Below, piece after piece: positions 61,245-64,000 of a DNA stretch of 64,000 bases. The notes beneath the pieces are model-generated. The model ran no database searches. It worked only from the letters and a program-made list of their open reading frames with translations, and had not been told where the DNA came from. The number at the start of each line of letters is the position of its first letter. The first letter of the stretch is position 1. A program made the position numbers and the translations under genes. The stretch comes from Promethearchaeota archaeon (GTDB taxonomy: Archaea > Asgardarchaeota > Heimdallarchaeia > Hodarchaeales > Hodarchaeaceae): assembly GCA_048938105.1 (NCBI GenBank), contig JBHLMN010000006.1, positions 128,001-192,000 of the forward strand, given 5' to 3'.

Positions 61245-63164
61245 TTATTCGAATAGATATCGAAGTGTTTTGTGTTCTATATGTTCAGGAAACTCAGGAA
61301 CCTCCCAGGTAAGGATAGTTACTTCGTCAGCTCTTTCAATTGTTGCATTTTTTGCCAGACCACTCTGAGCGAATGATTTCAATAAATGAATTGCTGCCTG
61401 ATTACCAATAATTAACTCAGTTACGAAATGTGTAACCCCTCGTTCAACAGCTCGTTTTGTAAGATACTCAAGGAAGAATCTAGCAAGTCCCATGTTCCGA
61501 TATTTTTCATGGACAAGTAAAGAAATCTCTGCAGTTTGATTATCATATAAGATATAAAAATGACCTGTTCCGATTATCTGTTCAGTTGATATTGGGTTTA
61601 GAAAAGCAGCTATTCCCATATCCCGAGAGAAATCAATATTTGCTTCTTTTTGCGCTTTCTCATGGGGTAAAGCTCTAATTGCGCTAAAATATCTTGAATA
61701 TCTACTTTGATCGGACAGGGAATAAAAGAATGTTCTCAGTTTGTCTTCATCACTGGTTAAAATGGGTCTAATCCGAACAGTGGGCCCATTTTTTAATGTA
61801 TAGTACTCTTGACATTCTAATGGGTGTAACATAATGTCTGGAGGGTCGTTGTATATTTGATCTTGGTAGCAATAACCGTATTCCTTTGCTTTTTCTAATA
61901 GTTGTTTTCGAAATTTTGGATGTGCTAATTCAATCATAGCAAGAACACGTTCTCTAAGAGTAGCGCCATGAAGATAAGCAATCCCATATTCACTAACTAC
62001 ATATTCAATATCTGCTCGTGTTATGGCAACGCCTGCTCCTGGTGACAAATGTGACACGATTCTAGATTTCAAGCCATCGTGAGATGTAGACGGCAATGCA
62101 ATAATTACTTTTCCTCCTTCTGATCGAAGAGCTCCCCTGTGTAGATCCACAGCTCCCCCAATACCACTATAAAGATAATGACCCAAGCTGTCAGCAGCCA
62201 CTTGGCCTGTTAAATCAATTTCCAAGGCTGAGTTCATTGTAACCATTCTAGGATTTTTAGCGATTATATCTGGATCTAAGACATAATCTGAAGAATAGAA
62301 TTTAAATTTAGGATTATTATCAATCGTTTTATATAGTCGTTGTGACCCTATGCAAAAAGCTGATACCGTTTCTCCCTTATGTAGAGTTTTCTTTGAATTT
62401 GTTATTACTCCAGATTCTATTAGTTCTAAAACACTATCTGTAATCATTTCAGAATGAATTCCTAAGTTTTCTCGATTTGAAAGGTATTTTAGAACGGCAT
62501 TTGGCACGCTACCAATACCAATTTGAAGTGTTGATCCATCACCTATTAATGTAGCTACATTTTTAGCTGCCCGCTCTATCTGGGGAGTGGTTCGCGGTGG
62601 AACCCATTCTTGTAATGGTGCATGATTTTCCACCATAAAGTCGATGCTAGATGTGTGAATTAGGCTATCACCATGAGTTACAGGCATTTCAGGATTGATC
62701 TCTGCTATTACTAAACGAGCATTTTCCACAGCTGATTTAGTCACATCAACACCAATTCCTAAACTCACATACCCCGAATCATTTGGCATAGAAGTTTGAA
62801 TTAAAGCTACATCAACCGGTAGAATACGTTTCTTAAATAATTCGGGTATCTTTCTTGAAGATACTGGCGTATAATCAGCTCTTCCTGTTCTCACTGCTTC
62901 TCTGATATTAGCAGTAATAAAGAAACTATTGTATCGAAACCGTTTTGTGTACTGATCTTTGACATATGGAGCTGAGCCAAAAGAAATCACATGATAAATT
63001 TCGTTGTCTTCCGTATGGATTTCCATATTAGAAAGATGGAGTAGTAATAATCGAGGTTGAGCACATCCAGTTCCAACGAAGATCCGATCCCCAGGTTTTA
63101 TATGAGAAAGTGCAAAATCAGGGGAAGTTATTTTCGGTTCTTCTGGTTCAATTGGCTGATACAA
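61245..63164 (-). CDS. Acetyl-CoA hydrolase/transferase fused to GNAT acetyltransferase
   Basis: LQIGIG, GIHSEM, EIDLTGQ, VVSEYG; GNAT AEISLLVHEKYRNMGL. Confidence 0.93.
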   Translation of the reverse strand: MYQPIEPEEPKITSPDFALSHIKPGDRIFVGTGCAQPRLLLLHLSNMEIHTEDNEIYHVISFGSAPYVKDQYTKRFRYNSFFITANIREAVRTGRADYTPVSSRKIPELFKKRILPVDVALIQTSMPNDSGYVSLGIGVDVTKSAVENARLVIAEINPEMPVTHGDSLIHTSSIDFMVENHAPLQEWVPPRTTPQIERAAKNVATLIGDGSTLQIGIGSVPNAVLKYLSNRENLGIHSEMITDSVLELIESGVITNSKKTLHKGETVSAFCIGSQRLYKTIDNNPKFKFYSSDYVLDPDIIAKNPRMVTMNSALEIDLTGQVAADSLGHYLYSGIGGAVDLHRGALRSEGGKVIIALPSTSHDGLKSRIVSHLSPGAGVAITRADIEYVVSEYGIAYLHGATLRERVLAMIELAHPKFRKQLLEKAKEYGYCYQDQIYNDPPDIMLHPLECQEYYTLKNGPTVRIRPILTSDEDKLRTFFYSLSDQSRYSRYFSAIRALPHEKAQKEANIDFSRDMGIAAFLNPISTEQIIGTGHFYILYDNQTAEISLLVHEKYRNMGLARFFLEYLTKRAVERGVTHFVTELIIGNQAAIHLLKSFAQSGLAKNATIERADEVTILTWEVPEFPEHIEHKTLRYLFE

Positions 63165-63488
63165 CTATAACCACCCTATAGAAATAGATTGATTGGTTTT
63201 TCGTAAAAAGTTAGCTTCGATTATCATAATGATTGAGGTTGTTAATTCATTCATGCTATTTTTGAATTTGAGGAGTTTTAAATTCAACGTTCATAAGCGG
63301 ATATAATTCAATTATTTCATAACTATATCATTATAAAATTCACATTCTTAAGTCAGGAACTTTTAACAATAGTTAATAGCAAACTCCTTTATTCTGAGAG
63401 TTAGAGTTTTTAAGCAAAGCTTAAACTCTTTACATAACCAATAATAAGAACTCTTTGACTATTTCTAATGAAAAGAAAGTGATAAAGC

Positions 63489-64000
63489 ATGCTAGATAGT
63501 GTTTTCGATCCAATACAAATTGAAATAGACTTAAAAAGTCGGATCAAAGGAGATATTGCCATTGACGATATCACTCGAAATTTCTATAGCACTGACGCTA
63601 GTGTTTATAGAATCGTGCCTTCATGTATCGTTTACCCCACAGATAAAGAAGATGTAAAAGAAGTAATAAAATACGCCAATAGAAAGGGGATTCCTATACA
63701 CGCAAGAGGAGCAGGGTCTGGATTAACAGGTTCAAGCTTAGGACCTGGAATTGTACTTGCCTTTAGAAGATATATGAACCAGATTATTGATATAAACGAA
63801 AAAGAGAACTATACAATTGTCCAACCAGGAGTAATTTGTGGGAATTTAAATCACGAACTAGCAAAAATCCGAAAAATAGTTTTTGTTGATAATTCTTCAG
63901 AAAATTATGCCTCTATTGGAGGTATGATAGGAACAAACTCATCAGGGGCACATGCTGTAAAGTATGGATATATGGCAAATTTTGTTGAGGAACTTACGGT
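63489..64000 (+). CDS. FAD-binding oxidoreductase (GlcD/D-lactate dehydrogenase type), truncated by window edge (absent from ORF track)
   Basis: YSTDASVYRIVP..IVYP, ARGAGSGLTG, IGGMIGTNSSG. Confidence 0.92.
   Translation, partial: MLDSVFDPIQIEIDLKSRIKGDIAIDDITRNFYSTDASVYRIVPSCIVYPTDKEDVKEVIKYANRKGIPIHARGAGSGLTGSSLGPGIVLAFRRYMNQIIDINEKENYTIVQPGVICGNLNHELAKIRKIVFVDNSSENYASIGGMIGTNSSGAHAVKYGYMANFVEELT

Overview
AT-rich, gene-dense archaeal chromosomal DNA (RadA, Orc1/Cdc6, GGAG/GAGGT ribosome-binding sites, TTTAAA/TTTATA boxes). Small GTPases, probable longin-like and RING-like domains and a C-terminally anchored solute-binding protein suggest an Asgard archaeon, possibly Heimdallarchaeia; this assignment is inferred. 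I saw no rRNA, tRNA, CRISPR array or intact mobile element. Housekeeping and metabolic genes (glpK, radA, cdc6, pit, hypE, hypC, menA, gyaR, ABC exporter, 13-PAS histidine kinase) are interspersed with uncharacterised loci. The strongest candidates for new systems are: (1) a three-gene membrane operon (12921-21699) encoding a 1152-aa protein of repeated TM-hairpin plus amphipathic-helix modules and a 1412-aa protein with three different repeat families; (2) an operon of two large helical proteins plus an atypical small GTPase that the ORF track missed (1-4321); (3) a two-pass membrane protein with an RGG tail and a C4C4-RING-like end (51169-52830); (4) a ~60-bp promoter/operator element present twice, 10 kb apart. 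Also found: a trmO pseudogene with three in-frame stops, a missed 59-aa gene, a circularly permuted family-5 solute-binding protein and a permuted orphan DNA methyltransferase.
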